Notes under the pieces: generated by a model
The model's database searches: none
What the model saw: only the letters and a program-made list of their open reading frames with translations
Told to the model about the DNA's origin: nothing
Source: Gammaproteobacteria bacterium
GTDB taxonomy: Bacteria; Pseudomonadota; Gammaproteobacteria; SZUA-229
Length of the DNA: 64,000 nucleotides
Assembly: GCA_024277705.1 (NCBI GenBank)
Contig: JAJRUQ010000003.1
Location: forward strand, 4,963 to 68,962
Direction: 5' to 3'
Made by a program: the position numbers and the translations under genes
Shown: in pieces, positions 38,536 through 48,544 of the stretch
Layout of the letters: each line of letters starts with the position of its first letter
Position numbering within the stretch: the stretch's first letter is position 1

Positions 38536-40074
38536 ATGGTTGAACGAAGTGTTCCCCGAAGACCCACCCTGCTGATTATTCTGGACGGATTTGGTGTCAA
38601 TCCAAGTCGAATTAATAATGCCGTGCAAGAGGCAGATACGCCGCGACTGGATGAATATTTTTCACGAAACTCTCATACCACGCTGGAAGCATGTGGCAGT
38701 TCGGTGGGTTTGCCCGACGGTCAGATGGGTAACTCTGAAGTTGGGCACATGACACTGGGTAGTGGTACGGTCATCCGTCAGGATCTGGTGCGTATTAACG
38801 ATGAAATTGAAAATGGTGATTTCTTTACCAATGCGGCGCTGGTGGCGGCGGTAGAAGATGCGGCAGCCAATGAGCGTCCGGTGCATCTTGTTGGCCTGAC
38901 TTCAAACGGTGGTGTGCACAGTCATATCAGCCACTTGAAAGCATTAATTAAACTCTGTGCCGACCATAAGGCAAAGCCTGTGGTGCATATCACGACTGAC
39001 GGTCGTGATACCGCACAAATGTCAGCGTTAACTTTTCTGCCGGAAATTGAAAGTGCACTGGAAGATGCCAATGGTAGCATTGCTACCGTTAGCGGTCGTT
39101 ATTATTCCATGGACAGAGATAATCGTTGGGACAGAACCGAACTGGCGTGGCAGGCAATGGTTAACGGCAAAGGCCGCACCGCTGAAAATGCACTGTATGC
39201 TATCGAAGCGGCGTATGCCAATGAAGAAACCGACGAGTTTATTATTCCAACAGTGCTGGATGGCGCTGACCTGATTGAATCGGGTGATAATGTGATTTTC
39301 TTTAACTTTCGCAATGACCGTTCCCGGCAGCTTACTGCGGTATTAAGTCAGGAAAACTTTGATGATTTTGACACCGGTGATTTTGACGGTGCACTAGTGA
39401 CCTGTTTAACAGAATATGACCCGGAATTTCTGTTGCCTATCGGTTACGCGCCGGAACGCCCGCAGGCAACCGTGGCGTCGGTGGTGAGCAGGGCAGGCTA
39501 CAAACAGATGCATTGTGCCGAAACCGAGAAATACGCTCACGTTACTTATTTTTTCAATGGCGGTAAAAAGAAACCGTTTGCCGGCGAAGATCACGTTATG
39601 GTGAATTCACCGGATGTGGCTACTTATGACCTGAAGCCGGAAATGAGTGCCGAGGGTGTTGCCGATAAAATTATTGAAGGCCTGGAATCCGCTGAGTATG
39701 GCTTTATTATGGTCAACTTTGCTAATGGTGATATGGTTGGTCATACAGCCGTTCGAGATGCCGTTATTAAAGCGGTAGAAGCGCTGGATACACAAGTCGG
39801 TCGTGTGCTTGATGCTGCAGCAGAAGCCGGTTTTTCGGTGATATTAACGGCAGACCACGGCAACTGTGATGAGATGGTCGATCCGATAACACAGGAGCCG
39901 CATACGCAACATACCTTGTATCCTGTGCCCTGCCTGATTATCGATGAAGCACACTGGCATCTTCGCCCGGGCGGTGATTTAAGCTCTGTTGCGCCGACCG
40001 TGCTACAGTTAATGGGACTGCAGCAACCACCTTCAATGACTGGTAAGTCCTTACTGCTTTGTGAATATAACTAG
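38536..40074 (+). CDS. gpmI: 2,3-bisphosphoglycerate-independent phosphoglycerate mutase
   Basis: 512 aa with LIILDGFG and the catalytic Ser in MGNSEVGHMTLG. The metal-site segment is TADHGNCDEM. Confidence 0.95.
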   Translation: MVERSVPRRPTLLIILDGFGVNPSRINNAVQEADTPRLDEYFSRNSHTTLEACGSSVGLPDGQMGNSEVGHMTLGSGTVIRQDLVRINDEIENGDFFTNAALVAAVEDAAANERPVHLVGLTSNGGVHSHISHLKALIKLCADHKAKPVVHITTDGRDTAQMSALTFLPEIESALEDANGSIATVSGRYYSMDRDNRWDRTELAWQAMVNGKGRTAENALYAIEAAYANEETDEFIIPTVLDGADLIESGDNVIFFNFRNDRSRQLTAVLSQENFDDFDTGDFDGALVTCLTEYDPEFLLPIGYAPERPQATVASVVSRAGYKQMHCAETEKYAHVTYFFNGGKKKPFAGEDHVMVNSPDVATYDLKPEMSAEGVADKIIEGLESAEYGFIMVNFANGDMVGHTAVRDAVIKAVEALDTQVGRVLDAAAEAGFSVILTADHGNCDEMVDPITQEPHTQHTLYPVPCLIIDEAHWHLRPGGDLSSVAPTVLQLMGLQQPPSMTGKSLLLCEYN

Positions 40075-40125
40075 TCATAGCCCCTGTTTCTGAGTCCTGG
40101 CAGACATTTAAAAGATTAGAAACTT

Positions 40126-40252
40126 CTGCCGCGAAGGACGCAAAGAGCGCGAAGAAAAGCAAAAACCATCTCAAACTATTTATTGTTTGTGCGCGTAGCG
40201 CACAAACAAAATGTTTTTCTTTGCGTCTTTTGCGTCTTTCGCGGCAAAAAAG
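40126..40252. repeat. composite intergenic hairpin element (REP/MITE-like)
   Basis: Imperfect inverted arms of about 40 nt (GCCGCGAAGGACGCAAAGAGCGCGAAGAAAAGCAAAAAC and its approximate reverse complement) flank a perfect 12-bp/3-nt-loop palindrome TTGTTTGTGCGC-gta-GCGCACAAACAA (40183..40209). Confidence 0.85.
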
Positions 40253-40276
40253 CTTTTACCTGTTCGTTCGCTGGTT

Positions 40277-40900
40277 TTATGGATGATAAATCACAGCGGT
40301 ACCACCCAGACCACAATAACCATTCGGGTTTTTTGCCAGGTATTGCTGGTGGTAGTCTTCGGCATAATAAAATTCTGTGGCCTCAATAATTTCGGTGGTA
40401 ATTTGACCGTAGCCGGCTTTTGCCAGTGACTGCTGAAACAGGCCCCGTGAAACTTCTGCAGCGACTAGCTGTGTTTCAGATGAGACATAAATACCGGAGC
40501 GATATTGTGTGCCGTAGTCATTTCCCTGTTGCATGCCCTGCGTTGGATCGTGTGATTCCCAGAAGGTTTTCAGCAATTGTTGCAGAGAAATTTTTTCAGG
40601 ATCGAACACTACCAGCACTACTTCATTATGGCCGGTTAAACCGCTACAGACTTCCTGATAGTCCGGGTTGGGGGTCAGTCCGGCAGTATATCCTGCGGCT
40701 GTACTATAAACACCATCGAGTTCCCAGAATTTTCGTTCAGCCCCCCAGAAACATCCCATACCAAAAATGATCTGCTGCAGATGATCACAGAACGGTGGCT
40801 GGAGGACATTGCCATTAACAAAATGTTTATTCGTTACCGGCATACGGGTGTTTCGCCCAGGCAGGGCATGTTCGGCTGTTGGCAGTTTTGTTAATCCCAT
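40277..40900 (-). CDS. msrA: peptide-methionine (S)-S-oxide reductase
   Basis: Active-site motif GMGCFWGAE. 207 aa. Confidence 0.95.
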   Translation of the reverse strand: MGLTKLPTAEHALPGRNTRMPVTNKHFVNGNVLQPPFCDHLQQIIFGMGCFWGAERKFWELDGVYSTAAGYTAGLTPNPDYQEVCSGLTGHNEVVLVVFDPEKISLQQLLKTFWESHDPTQGMQQGNDYGTQYRSGIYVSSETQLVAAEVSRGLFQQSLAKAGYGQITTEIIEATEFYYAEDYHQQYLAKNPNGYCGLGGTAVIYHP

Positions 40901-41059
40901 AATTTTGTTACTGAAATAAACCGTGAAATATAATATTGTGGCATAACGTCAAATCACCTGCTTCATTAAAATAGAAAGTTGATTATACTGTTTGCTGAAA
41001 CTGAAGGGCACTGGCAATTAATAGAGATGCGCTGAAGTATACAAGCCCTGTAGACCGGG

Positions 41060-41962
41060 ATGAAAATTAAGAGACAATCGATGAACTCCGACAATTTAAA
41101 GCCAGACGCCCGCTGGGGTGAGCCGGCACCATTGCACGATCCTTATATACTGGCCAATTTTAAGGCGCGTAACAGTGATGTGCTCATTACCACACCGCCA
41201 AAAGCCGGTACCACGTGGATGCAGCAAATTCTTTACCAGTTACGCACGGGGGGTGATGACGGTTTTATGGCCATCGATGAGGTGGTGCCCTGGCTGGAAA
41301 TTACGCGGCAGGGTAAAAGCTGGCAGCAGATACTGTTGCAGTTTGAAAAGCTGCCGACACCACGAATTTTTAAAACCCATTGTACGGCAGAACAAACGCC
41401 GGGTATCGGCACTGCAAACATCATATTAAGTTCACGGGATCCGCGTGACTGCTGTGTCAGTTTTTATCATCACATTCTGAACATGACAGATGAAGCCCGT
41501 CAGCATAAAGAAATTCCTGCCCCTGCATCATTTGATGAGCACGTTGATAACTGGCTGGAATTTGCCGCCTGGTATCGGAATGTAAAAAGCTGGTGGCCCT
41601 ATATCGATCACCCCAGAGTTTTATGGTTACGTTATCAGGATTTGAAAACAGACTTTGAAGGAAATCTGGATAAAATTATTTCATTTTTGCAATGGCCGGT
41701 CAATGACAGTCAAAAGCAGACAGTTATGGAGTTTAGTTCGTTTGACTGGATGAAAGCACATGATGAAAAATTTTCCAGTCAGGGAGTGAGCGCCGGCGGA
41801 CACAATAGTAAACCGGTGTTTAAGCCGGGAAAATTTGTCAGGCAGGGTAAGGTCGGTGATTACCGGGAATTAATGACGGTCGAGCAGGAACATAAAATTT
41901 TACTTAAGGCAAAAAAACTGCTGGAGCCTGAGTGTATTCGATTTCTGGAACTGGATCTCTGA
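41060..41962 (+). CDS. sulfotransferase family protein
   Basis: PAPS-binding motifs PPKAGTTWMQ (5'-PSB) and SSRDPRDCCVS (3'-PB). 300 aa and cytoplasmic. Confidence 0.85.
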   Translation: MKIKRQSMNSDNLKPDARWGEPAPLHDPYILANFKARNSDVLITTPPKAGTTWMQQILYQLRTGGDDGFMAIDEVVPWLEITRQGKSWQQILLQFEKLPTPRIFKTHCTAEQTPGIGTANIILSSRDPRDCCVSFYHHILNMTDEARQHKEIPAPASFDEHVDNWLEFAAWYRNVKSWWPYIDHPRVLWLRYQDLKTDFEGNLDKIISFLQWPVNDSQKQTVMEFSSFDWMKAHDEKFSSQGVSAGGHNSKPVFKPGKFVRQGKVGDYRELMTVEQEHKILLKAKKLLEPECIRFLELDL

Positions 41963-42015
41963 CTTCGCTATAACCGTTTGCAGTTTAAATAATTCGCAGA
42001 GAGTAAAAACGAGCC

Positions 42016-43326
42016 TTATATCAGATCTTTTAAGGTTTTATGATCAACGGCCTGATCAATAGCGGTATTTAATTTTTCAATCATCTGGTTGACCTGGTCT
42101 ACGGTTTCAACATCTTCAGGATGCAGGCTGGGTGATTCTTCAGCGCTGCGTACTGCATGCAGAATCATTGCCAGTGAAATATTCTCCAGTGACTGGCTGG
42201 GAATATAATACTGGTTATTATCACCACTGGTAGTTAACAGCTTGTTGTTGAGCAGTGAACTTATCACCAGTTGTAATGCCGTTTCAGATATTCTGATTTT
42301 TTTTGTTAGTTTTTTTAATGACCAGGGTTTTTCATTGTGCTGAAAGCTGCTGGCAATTAACTGCATAATTGTCAGCGCCAGTTTTTCACGAAGACGACAA
42401 CTCAGCCGGATGATCTGTGATTTATTACTGATACGATCAGGGTGTTGATGGTAGTAGGCAAATGATGCGCCGGCAAGAATGATGAGCCAGTTAACATAAA
42501 TCCAGATCATGAATATAATCAGAATGGCAAAACCGGAATAAATGGCGGTGTAGTTGGTTGAGTCAACAATAAAGGTGGCAAAGATGGAGCCGCTTATTTT
42601 CCATAAAATGGTAGTAATAAAGGCGCCGAATAATGCTGAGGTAAACTTTACCAGGGTGTTCGGGATAAGGATGTACATTAAGGTAAATGATGCTACCGTC
42701 AATACAAAAGGTATGGCGTTGCCAAGCATTAAAATAATCGCGCCGAAGGGTTCGATGGATAATATGGTGCTGATAACCGATGATGAATTGAAAGAAGCGG
42801 TTAGACCGGCGGCAGTGAAAAGCAATAACGGGCCAAGCAGAATTACACTTAAATAGTTGCTGAAGCGTTGTGAGATGCTACGGGTAACGGTTATACGCCA
42901 GGTATAATTAAAGGCGCTTTCTATTTTTTTTACCAGCGATAAAACGGTGAAAATAAGTACCAGCAGACCAATGGAACCGAGTACCCCGACTTTCACCTGG
43001 TCAACAAAAGTAATTATCTGCTGGCTTAGTTGCAGACCTTTTTCACCCAGTGGTTCCAGTAGATTGATTAATGCCGGTTCCAGCTGGTTATGTACACCAA
43101 ACCCTTTTAATACCGAAAAGCTGACAGCCAGCAATGGTACCAGCGAAATCAGAGTGGTGTAGACCAGACTCATTGCGCGCAGAGATGGCAGGCCATCGTT
43201 TATATCACGGATGACACCATAAAAGATTCTCAGGGTTTTTATGGATGATGCCTGTATCGGGCTAAGGTCTTTAAGAGACGTTTGCCATAACAGTTGATCA
43301 ATCTTTTTTTGTAGAGAGGCCAGCAT
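42016..43326 (-). CDS. YihY/BrkB family membrane protein with a C-terminal soluble extension
   Basis: 436 aa with a six-TM YihY-type core (GFGVHNQLEP..., SFAYYHQHP) and a hydrophilic C-terminal domain of about 140 aa. Confidence 0.8.
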   Translation of the reverse strand: MLASLQKKIDQLLWQTSLKDLSPIQASSIKTLRIFYGVIRDINDGLPSLRAMSLVYTTLISLVPLLAVSFSVLKGFGVHNQLEPALINLLEPLGEKGLQLSQQIITFVDQVKVGVLGSIGLLVLIFTVLSLVKKIESAFNYTWRITVTRSISQRFSNYLSVILLGPLLLFTAAGLTASFNSSSVISTILSIEPFGAIILMLGNAIPFVLTVASFTLMYILIPNTLVKFTSALFGAFITTILWKISGSIFATFIVDSTNYTAIYSGFAILIIFMIWIYVNWLIILAGASFAYYHQHPDRISNKSQIIRLSCRLREKLALTIMQLIASSFQHNEKPWSLKKLTKKIRISETALQLVISSLLNNKLLTTSGDNNQYYIPSQSLENISLAMILHAVRSAEESPSLHPEDVETVDQVNQMIEKLNTAIDQAVDHKTLKDLI

Positions 43327-43336
43327 TTACTGAGTT

Positions 43337-44365
43337 TTATTTACTGACATCGCGCTGTTGTAAACGCCACTCCTGATAATCACCGGATTTTTCATAGCCT
43401 TTCTGGTTGACATAATCGAGTACCCCCCAGAGACGAAAGAAGCGGGTAACAGAGTCGACCCGGATGATTTCATTACCTGCTTCATCAAAAAACAAGATGC
43501 TGGGTGCATAAAATAACTCCAGTGATCTGGCCCATTCTCTTGCTGTTGTTTTCTTGCCTTTAGGGGTAGTTACCGGAGTGTCAGCCCACATATTAAGCTG
43601 GATAACATTCATTTTTTCCAGTTCCTGTATGCTTAGTTTCTGTGACAGGGGGTCGCTGTGCAGCAGGTCGCAGGCATGGCAGTTTCCCTGCTCAAAAAAT
43701 ACAGCCGTGGCTTTTTTATTATTTATTAAAGCCGATAAATCGTAGGGCGGGGGTAAAAAGAAATCACGCTCAGTCAGACCGCCAAGGAGAAAATATTCAC
43801 CGGGGTTGGCGCGTTCAAAATATTCTGCAAAGGTTTCCTGTTTATAAAAAAGTTCGGCAGCATACTGCAGGGCGGCACGAAATTTATACGGTGGATAATA
43901 ACCACGTAAACGAAAAACCGGTGTGCCGTCAATATCATAAAACACCAGTGACGGGGTAAAGTTAGTCTTGTAACGCAGGGAAAGTTCACGTTCTGTATAT
44001 TTTTTCCCATCGGTATCGATAATCGTATCAATACCCCAGATATCAAAAGCGATCAGGTCATAGTGTAATAACAGGTAATTTTTAATATCTTCATCGGCAA
44101 GACTGGTGTTAATAAACTGTTCACAATAAGCGCAGCGTTTTTGACCAAAATAGGTGATAATGCCTTTTTTACCGGCTTTTCTAGCTTCTTTAAGATCGTC
44201 CCGGAGGTCGCCAAGAGAAAGTTTAAACCAGTCAGGGTAAACCAGTTCTTCTTCCAGCAGGGTGTCGTCAAATACCAGAACATCTTTCTCTTCATCCGTC
44301 AGGGCAAAAACATGGCTTGAACAGAGAAGCAATAGTATGGAAAAGAAGTGAAATTTTTTATACAT
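43337..44365 (-). CDS. secreted tandem thioredoxin-fold protein (two CxxC motifs)
   Basis: Signal peptide (MYKKFHFFSILLLLCSSHVFA). It has two Trx-like modules with CAYC and CHAC. The start is taken at ATG 44365. It lies 10 nt upstream of the yihY-like gene. Confidence 0.75.
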   Translation of the reverse strand: MYKKFHFFSILLLLCSSHVFALTDEEKDVLVFDDTLLEEELVYPDWFKLSLGDLRDDLKEARKAGKKGIITYFGQKRCAYCEQFINTSLADEDIKNYLLLHYDLIAFDIWGIDTIIDTDGKKYTERELSLRYKTNFTPSLVFYDIDGTPVFRLRGYYPPYKFRAALQYAAELFYKQETFAEYFERANPGEYFLLGGLTERDFFLPPPYDLSALINNKKATAVFFEQGNCHACDLLHSDPLSQKLSIQELEKMNVIQLNMWADTPVTTPKGKKTTAREWARSLELFYAPSILFFDEAGNEIIRVDSVTRFFRLWGVLDYVNQKGYEKSGDYQEWRLQQRDVSK

Positions 44366-44405
44366 TATCAGTCGGCTATGTAAATTTACATAATAATTCA
44401 AGTAT

Positions 44406-45098
44406 ATGACAAAAGACACGAAAAATAACGGATCTATTGCGGTTTTAATGTTAATGGGAACTCAATGTACCTATTGTGACGCCATGATGCAAGCATTGAC
44501 CGCGTTACTGAAAAATGGCGAGTTTGCGCAGTTGAAAATCGTTAATATTGAGCAGGATATGCAGTTAGCATCACAGCTGGGTGTACGCAGTGTTCCGTGG
44601 CTGCAGATCGGGTCTTTTGAGTTGAGTGGTTCAAGAACCCGGCAGGAATTACAGCAGTGGATAAAGCGGGCATCCAGTGTATCGGGGCTAACCGAATACC
44701 TTAAGGAAGTATTATCGGAAGGCGATATTGCACGTGCTAAAAAATTAATCAAAAACGAAGATAAGGCGCTGCAAAGTGTGATTCATTTAATGGCTGATAC
44801 CGGGGCAAAGATAAACATACGCTTAGGGGTTGGTGTACTGATAGAAGAGTTGGCAGAACATGATGTTTTTAAACCGGTAATACCGTTATTAATCGATTAT
44901 CTGTCGCATAGCGATGCCCGTGTGCGTGGTGATGCCTGTCATTATTTATCGCTGACAAAAGATATTTCGCTGCTTCCGGTCATTGAAAAACTGCTTGCTG
45001 ACGAAAGCGATGAAGTAAAAGAGATCGCTGCAGACAGCATTGAAGATTTAAATCTGCTGATTGAGTCGCTGTCAGTAGAAAATGGCCGTGAGCAGTAA
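44406..45098 (+). CDS. thioredoxin-like domain fused to HEAT-like repeats
   Basis: The N-terminal Trx/Grx-like segment has CTYC (LMGTQCTYCDAM...VPWLQIG). The C-terminal repeats resemble HEAT/PBS-lyase repeats (HSDARVRGDACHYL, DESDEVKEIAADSI). Confidence 0.65.
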   Translation: MTKDTKNNGSIAVLMLMGTQCTYCDAMMQALTALLKNGEFAQLKIVNIEQDMQLASQLGVRSVPWLQIGSFELSGSRTRQELQQWIKRASSVSGLTEYLKEVLSEGDIARAKKLIKNEDKALQSVIHLMADTGAKINIRLGVGVLIEELAEHDVFKPVIPLLIDYLSHSDARVRGDACHYLSLTKDISLLPVIEKLLADESDEVKEIAADSIEDLNLLIESLSVENGREQ

Positions 45099-45247
45099 AC
45101 GTACGCTGAAAGTGAGTATGCTGAATTATGTGCGTAACCATGATGCATGTGAAAACTGCCGTCGTTTTCTCGATGCTGCCGCTTATGTTCGAGGTGTAGA
45201 CTACCTGGATGTAGCGTAATTCATATTAACGGATAGATGAGAATAAA

Positions 45248-46159
45248 ATGAATGCAGAAGCTGAAGCGGGCTTTGACAGTTCTGTCCTGATCAAACAGCT
45301 GCAGTTGCCGGACAATTTTAAAGCAGTGGTCAGCAATGTTTATCTGCCATTATGCAGAATTATCATGGAGAAAAAACAGGCGCAGCCATTACTGGTGAGC
45401 ATCAATGGTGCCCAGGGTACAGGCAAGTCGACCATGACGCGGTTTCTTAAGCTTGTTATTAAAGCAACAGCATCATGTCAGGTGGCTGAACTGTCACTGG
45501 ATGATTTTTATCTGACGCGAAAGGAAAGGCTTGCGCTTGCCGGAAAAGTCCATCCGTTGCTGGAAACACGTGGCGTACCAGGAACGCATGATGTGGGTTT
45601 AATGGAGTTTGTGCTTGAACGTTTGATGCGCCAACAACCGTGTAGCAGTCCAAGATTTGATAAAGCCGTAGATGACAGAGTTGATAAAGGTGAGTGGCAG
45701 GTACATACAAAACCGGTAGATATCATTTTGTTTGAAGGCTGGTGTAATAACAGTCCGGCACAGAGCGCTGAGGAATTAAAAGTTGCCATTAATGAACTGG
45801 AAGAAAAAGAAGACGCACAGGGTGTCTGGCGCCATTATGTGAATGAGCAGTTAATTGATTATCAGCAGCGAATATATACTCAGGCAGACATGTGCATTAT
45901 GTTGCAGGCCGCAGATTTTTCTTGTGTTTATCAGTGGCGAAACCTGCAGGAGCGAAAGTTACAGGCAAATACGCTGGCCGGCAATAAACAGGGGATCATG
46001 GGGGAGCGTGCATTAAAACGCTTTATTCAGCACTTTGAACGTATTAGCCGGCACAGCATTAAATACCTGCCTGCACTGGCAGATGTTGTTCTGCCGGTCG
46101 CGGTCGATCATTCTATTAGCGGTTTGAAGATAAAGCCGGAAAAGCATTTGCCATTGTAA
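45248..46159 (+). CDS. P-loop kinase resembling D-glycerate 3-kinase (GLYK family)
   Basis: Walker A GAQGTGKST, then SLDDFYLTRKER, RGVPGTHD and ILFEGWC. The order matches what I recall of plant and yeast GLYK-type kinases. Confidence 0.6.
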   Translation: MNAEAEAGFDSSVLIKQLQLPDNFKAVVSNVYLPLCRIIMEKKQAQPLLVSINGAQGTGKSTMTRFLKLVIKATASCQVAELSLDDFYLTRKERLALAGKVHPLLETRGVPGTHDVGLMEFVLERLMRQQPCSSPRFDKAVDDRVDKGEWQVHTKPVDIILFEGWCNNSPAQSAEELKVAINELEEKEDAQGVWRHYVNEQLIDYQQRIYTQADMCIMLQAADFSCVYQWRNLQERKLQANTLAGNKQGIMGERALKRFIQHFERISRHSIKYLPALADVVLPVAVDHSISGLKIKPEKHLPL

Positions 46160-46280
46160 ATAACCGGCAGTGGTTGCTGCGGATTGTTATTGTGCTCATC
46201 CATACCTTCTGGAGTATGCAGTAAAAAGTGCAGAAAAGTTAGAATGATGGTATCTGTGTAACAGACTGAAAAGAGGAATT

Positions 46281-46931
46281 ATGCAAGACAAGTTACTTGA
46301 GGGTTATGGTCGCTTTCGTAAAGGCTATTACCAGCGTAATCGCGCCCGACTGGAGCAATTGGCGCAAAAGCAGGCACCCGAAGTAGCGATGGTATCGTGT
46401 TGTGACTCACGTGTTGACCCGAGTATTTTATTTGATGTTGAGCCTGGCGATATTTTTGTTATTCGCAATGTCGCCAATCTGGTGCCACCGTTTGAAACAA
46501 AAGGGGATTATCATGGTACCAGTGCGGCGCTGGAATTTGCTGTTACCTGTTTGCAGGTAAAGCAGATTGTTGTTCTGGGACATGCTAACTGTGGCGGTAT
46601 CCGCGCCTTAATGGAAAATGATGGCTCCATTAAATCGGCTGGTTTTATTAACAGCTGGATGCAGATAGCGGCACCGGCAAAAGAAAAAGTGCTGGCCAAT
46701 CATGACTACAATACCCTTGAGCAGCAAATAGATGCCTGTGAAAAAACTGCTGTGAGTTATTCCCTGCGTAATCTGATGAGTTATCCCTGGATACGTGAGC
46801 GGGTTGTTGCAGGTCGTTTGAAACTGATTGCCTGTTATTATGATCTGCGCTGCGGTGAACTTGTGGATGTTGATGAAATTAATGCGACTAGTGCGATCTG
46901 CGATAGTTATTCCAGCCATTCAACCAGGTAA
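46281..46931 (+). CDS. can: beta-class carbonic anhydrase
   Basis: Zinc-ligand motifs CCDSRV and GHANCGG. 216 aa. Confidence 0.93.
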   Translation: MQDKLLEGYGRFRKGYYQRNRARLEQLAQKQAPEVAMVSCCDSRVDPSILFDVEPGDIFVIRNVANLVPPFETKGDYHGTSAALEFAVTCLQVKQIVVLGHANCGGIRALMENDGSIKSAGFINSWMQIAAPAKEKVLANHDYNTLEQQIDACEKTAVSYSLRNLMSYPWIRERVVAGRLKLIACYYDLRCGELVDVDEINATSAICDSYSSHSTR

Positions 46932-47183
46932 TAGATAAACAGGCCTTCTGATGACTTTGACGGACCACTGACACGTGCAGCGTAGCGTTTGTTATCCGGG
47001 TCTGCGTCATTAAGCGCTTCTGCTGCACAGCTTTTTATTTCAACACAAGTTGCTGCAAAGCGATTGCGGCTGCGCCGGGGAATATAGATGACGGCATATT
47101 CCAGAGTTGAAACGCTGGACTCCGGATCGGGCGGGATCATTTTTTGCATATAACAGGCCTGCAGCTGTTATTCAGTCAGTTGC

Positions 47184-47672
47184 TCAATGCTGGTTCATTC
47201 TGTCAACATAAGCCATGCCGATGGCTGAAACAACAAAGGTCAGATGGATAATAACAAACCATTTGAGTTGCTCGGTTTCATAATTTTGTGCATTCATAAA
47301 AATTTTCAGTAAATGAATGGACGAAATGGCAACAATAGAGGCCGCTACTTTTTGTTTAAGCGAGCCGGCATCCATTTTCCCCAGCCAGTGCAGTTTGTCA
47401 GCACCTTCATCAAGGTCAATAGTGGACACAAAATTTTCGTAACCGCTCAACATCACCATGACAATCAAACCACCGACCAGTGAAAGATCAATCAGGCTTA
47501 AAATGATTAAGACCAGGTCGGCTTCTTTGGTTTCCAGAATGATGGGGAAAATATGTATAACTTCCTGGAAGAATTTGATGCCCAGTACCAGCAGGCCGAA
47601 ACTGAGGCCAAGGTAGATAGGGGCCAGTAACCAGCGGCTGGCATAAAGAAATTTTTCGGCGAATCTTTCCAT
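47184..47672 (-). CDS. yqhA: UPF0114 (YqhA) family membrane protein
   Basis: [25 protein letters not shown]-terminus. 162 aa with four TM helices. Confidence 0.85.
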   Translation of the reverse strand: MERFAEKFLYASRWLLAPIYLGLSFGLLVLGIKFFQEVIHIFPIILETKEADLVLIILSLIDLSLVGGLIVMVMLSGYENFVSTIDLDEGADKLHWLGKMDAGSLKQKVAASIVAISSIHLLKIFMNAQNYETEQLKWFVIIHLTFVVSAIGMAYVDRMNQH

Positions 47673-47847
47673 AATAATAAATATTCAGTTTAAAAAAGAT
47701 GCGGCATTATAATATTTATTGACGATGAATACTAAGGAAGCTCTGATTAAGTCATGAATCGGGATCCTGTCATTAAAAATTGCGGCCATCTGCTCGATGC
47801 GAAGCTTGATCTGAGTTTTCCTGAATTATTTATCCCGGCAAAATGAT

Positions 47848-48522
47848 TCAGGGCAGTGTTTCATTCAGCAGTATCTGAATATCTGCTTCCAGTGTATTGC
47901 TCGCAGCAAAAGAGACCTTTCTGAGTATGCCCTGTTTATCGATCAATATGCTGGAGGGTGTACCCTGCAGGTCGTACATCTCAAAAGTCAGCGCATGGTA
48001 TTGTTTGTTTTTCAGATAGTTTTCTGCCTGCCGGTAAATCGAAAGCTTTTTCTCTCTGTCCCGGTCTTTATCAGCAAAATCAGGTATCTGGCTGAGAATG
48101 AACTGATGAATGGCGGTTTCATTAATGCGGTCTTCATTTAATACCAGCTTATCCATGGCAACACTGAACGGGATAGTGTAAGGCAGCTTCTGACCGTCAA
48201 GAAAGCCGGCTTTAGCCAGTTGTAACAGTGGTTCGCCGCTTAATTTCCCCTGATGCAGCAGACGCTGTAGATTATTCAGGGTATTATGCTGATAATGTTC
48301 AAAAGCAGTAGCAATCGCAAAGACTTTCAGTCCTTGCGGGGTATATTTTTCATACAGGCGAATGGCCTCTGGCAGGGCGTGAAGAAAACAGCCGGGGCAG
48401 TTGACCTGTATGACTTCAATTAAAATGACACTGCCACGTTGTTCATCAATCTTTACTTCCTGCCCCTGCACCCAGCATTCGATTTCCGGTTGCGTGGCAA
48501 TTTTATTAATGATGGCTTTCAT
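47848..48522 (-). CDS. thioredoxin-fold protein (TlpA/AhpC-TSA-like) with CPGC motif
   Basis: VILIEVIQVNCPGCF active-site context. The start is taken at ATG 48522. It is divergent from srkA. Confidence 0.7.
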   Translation of the reverse strand: MKAIINKIATQPEIECWVQGQEVKIDEQRGSVILIEVIQVNCPGCFLHALPEAIRLYEKYTPQGLKVFAIATAFEHYQHNTLNNLQRLLHQGKLSGEPLLQLAKAGFLDGQKLPYTIPFSVAMDKLVLNEDRINETAIHQFILSQIPDFADKDRDREKKLSIYRQAENYLKNKQYHALTFEMYDLQGTPSSILIDKQGILRKVSFAASNTLEADIQILLNETLP

Positions 48523-48544
48523 AAAATACAGAGAATAGTTATAA

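Noticed and set aside
39938-40429. ORFs 39938..40174(-), 40183..40389(+) and 40211..40429(+) with FFALFASFAA-like or KDAKSAKK-like peptides.
   Set aside because: They are generated by reading through the inverted-repeat element and the antisense of msrA. They are repeat artefacts, not genes.
46907-47149. 80-aa minus-strand ORF downstream of yqhA that overlaps the can stop by 25 nt.
   Set aside because: I found no recognisable SD or motif. It might be real, since it is co-oriented with yqhA, but I cannot support calling it.
47754-47846. A 30-codon frame (MNRDPVIKNCGHLLDAKLDLSFPELFIPAK) between yqhA and the TlpA-like gene.
   Set aside because: The SD-like AAGGAAG is about 14 nt away, no motif is present, and it could equally be a gene remnant. 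The evidence is insufficient.
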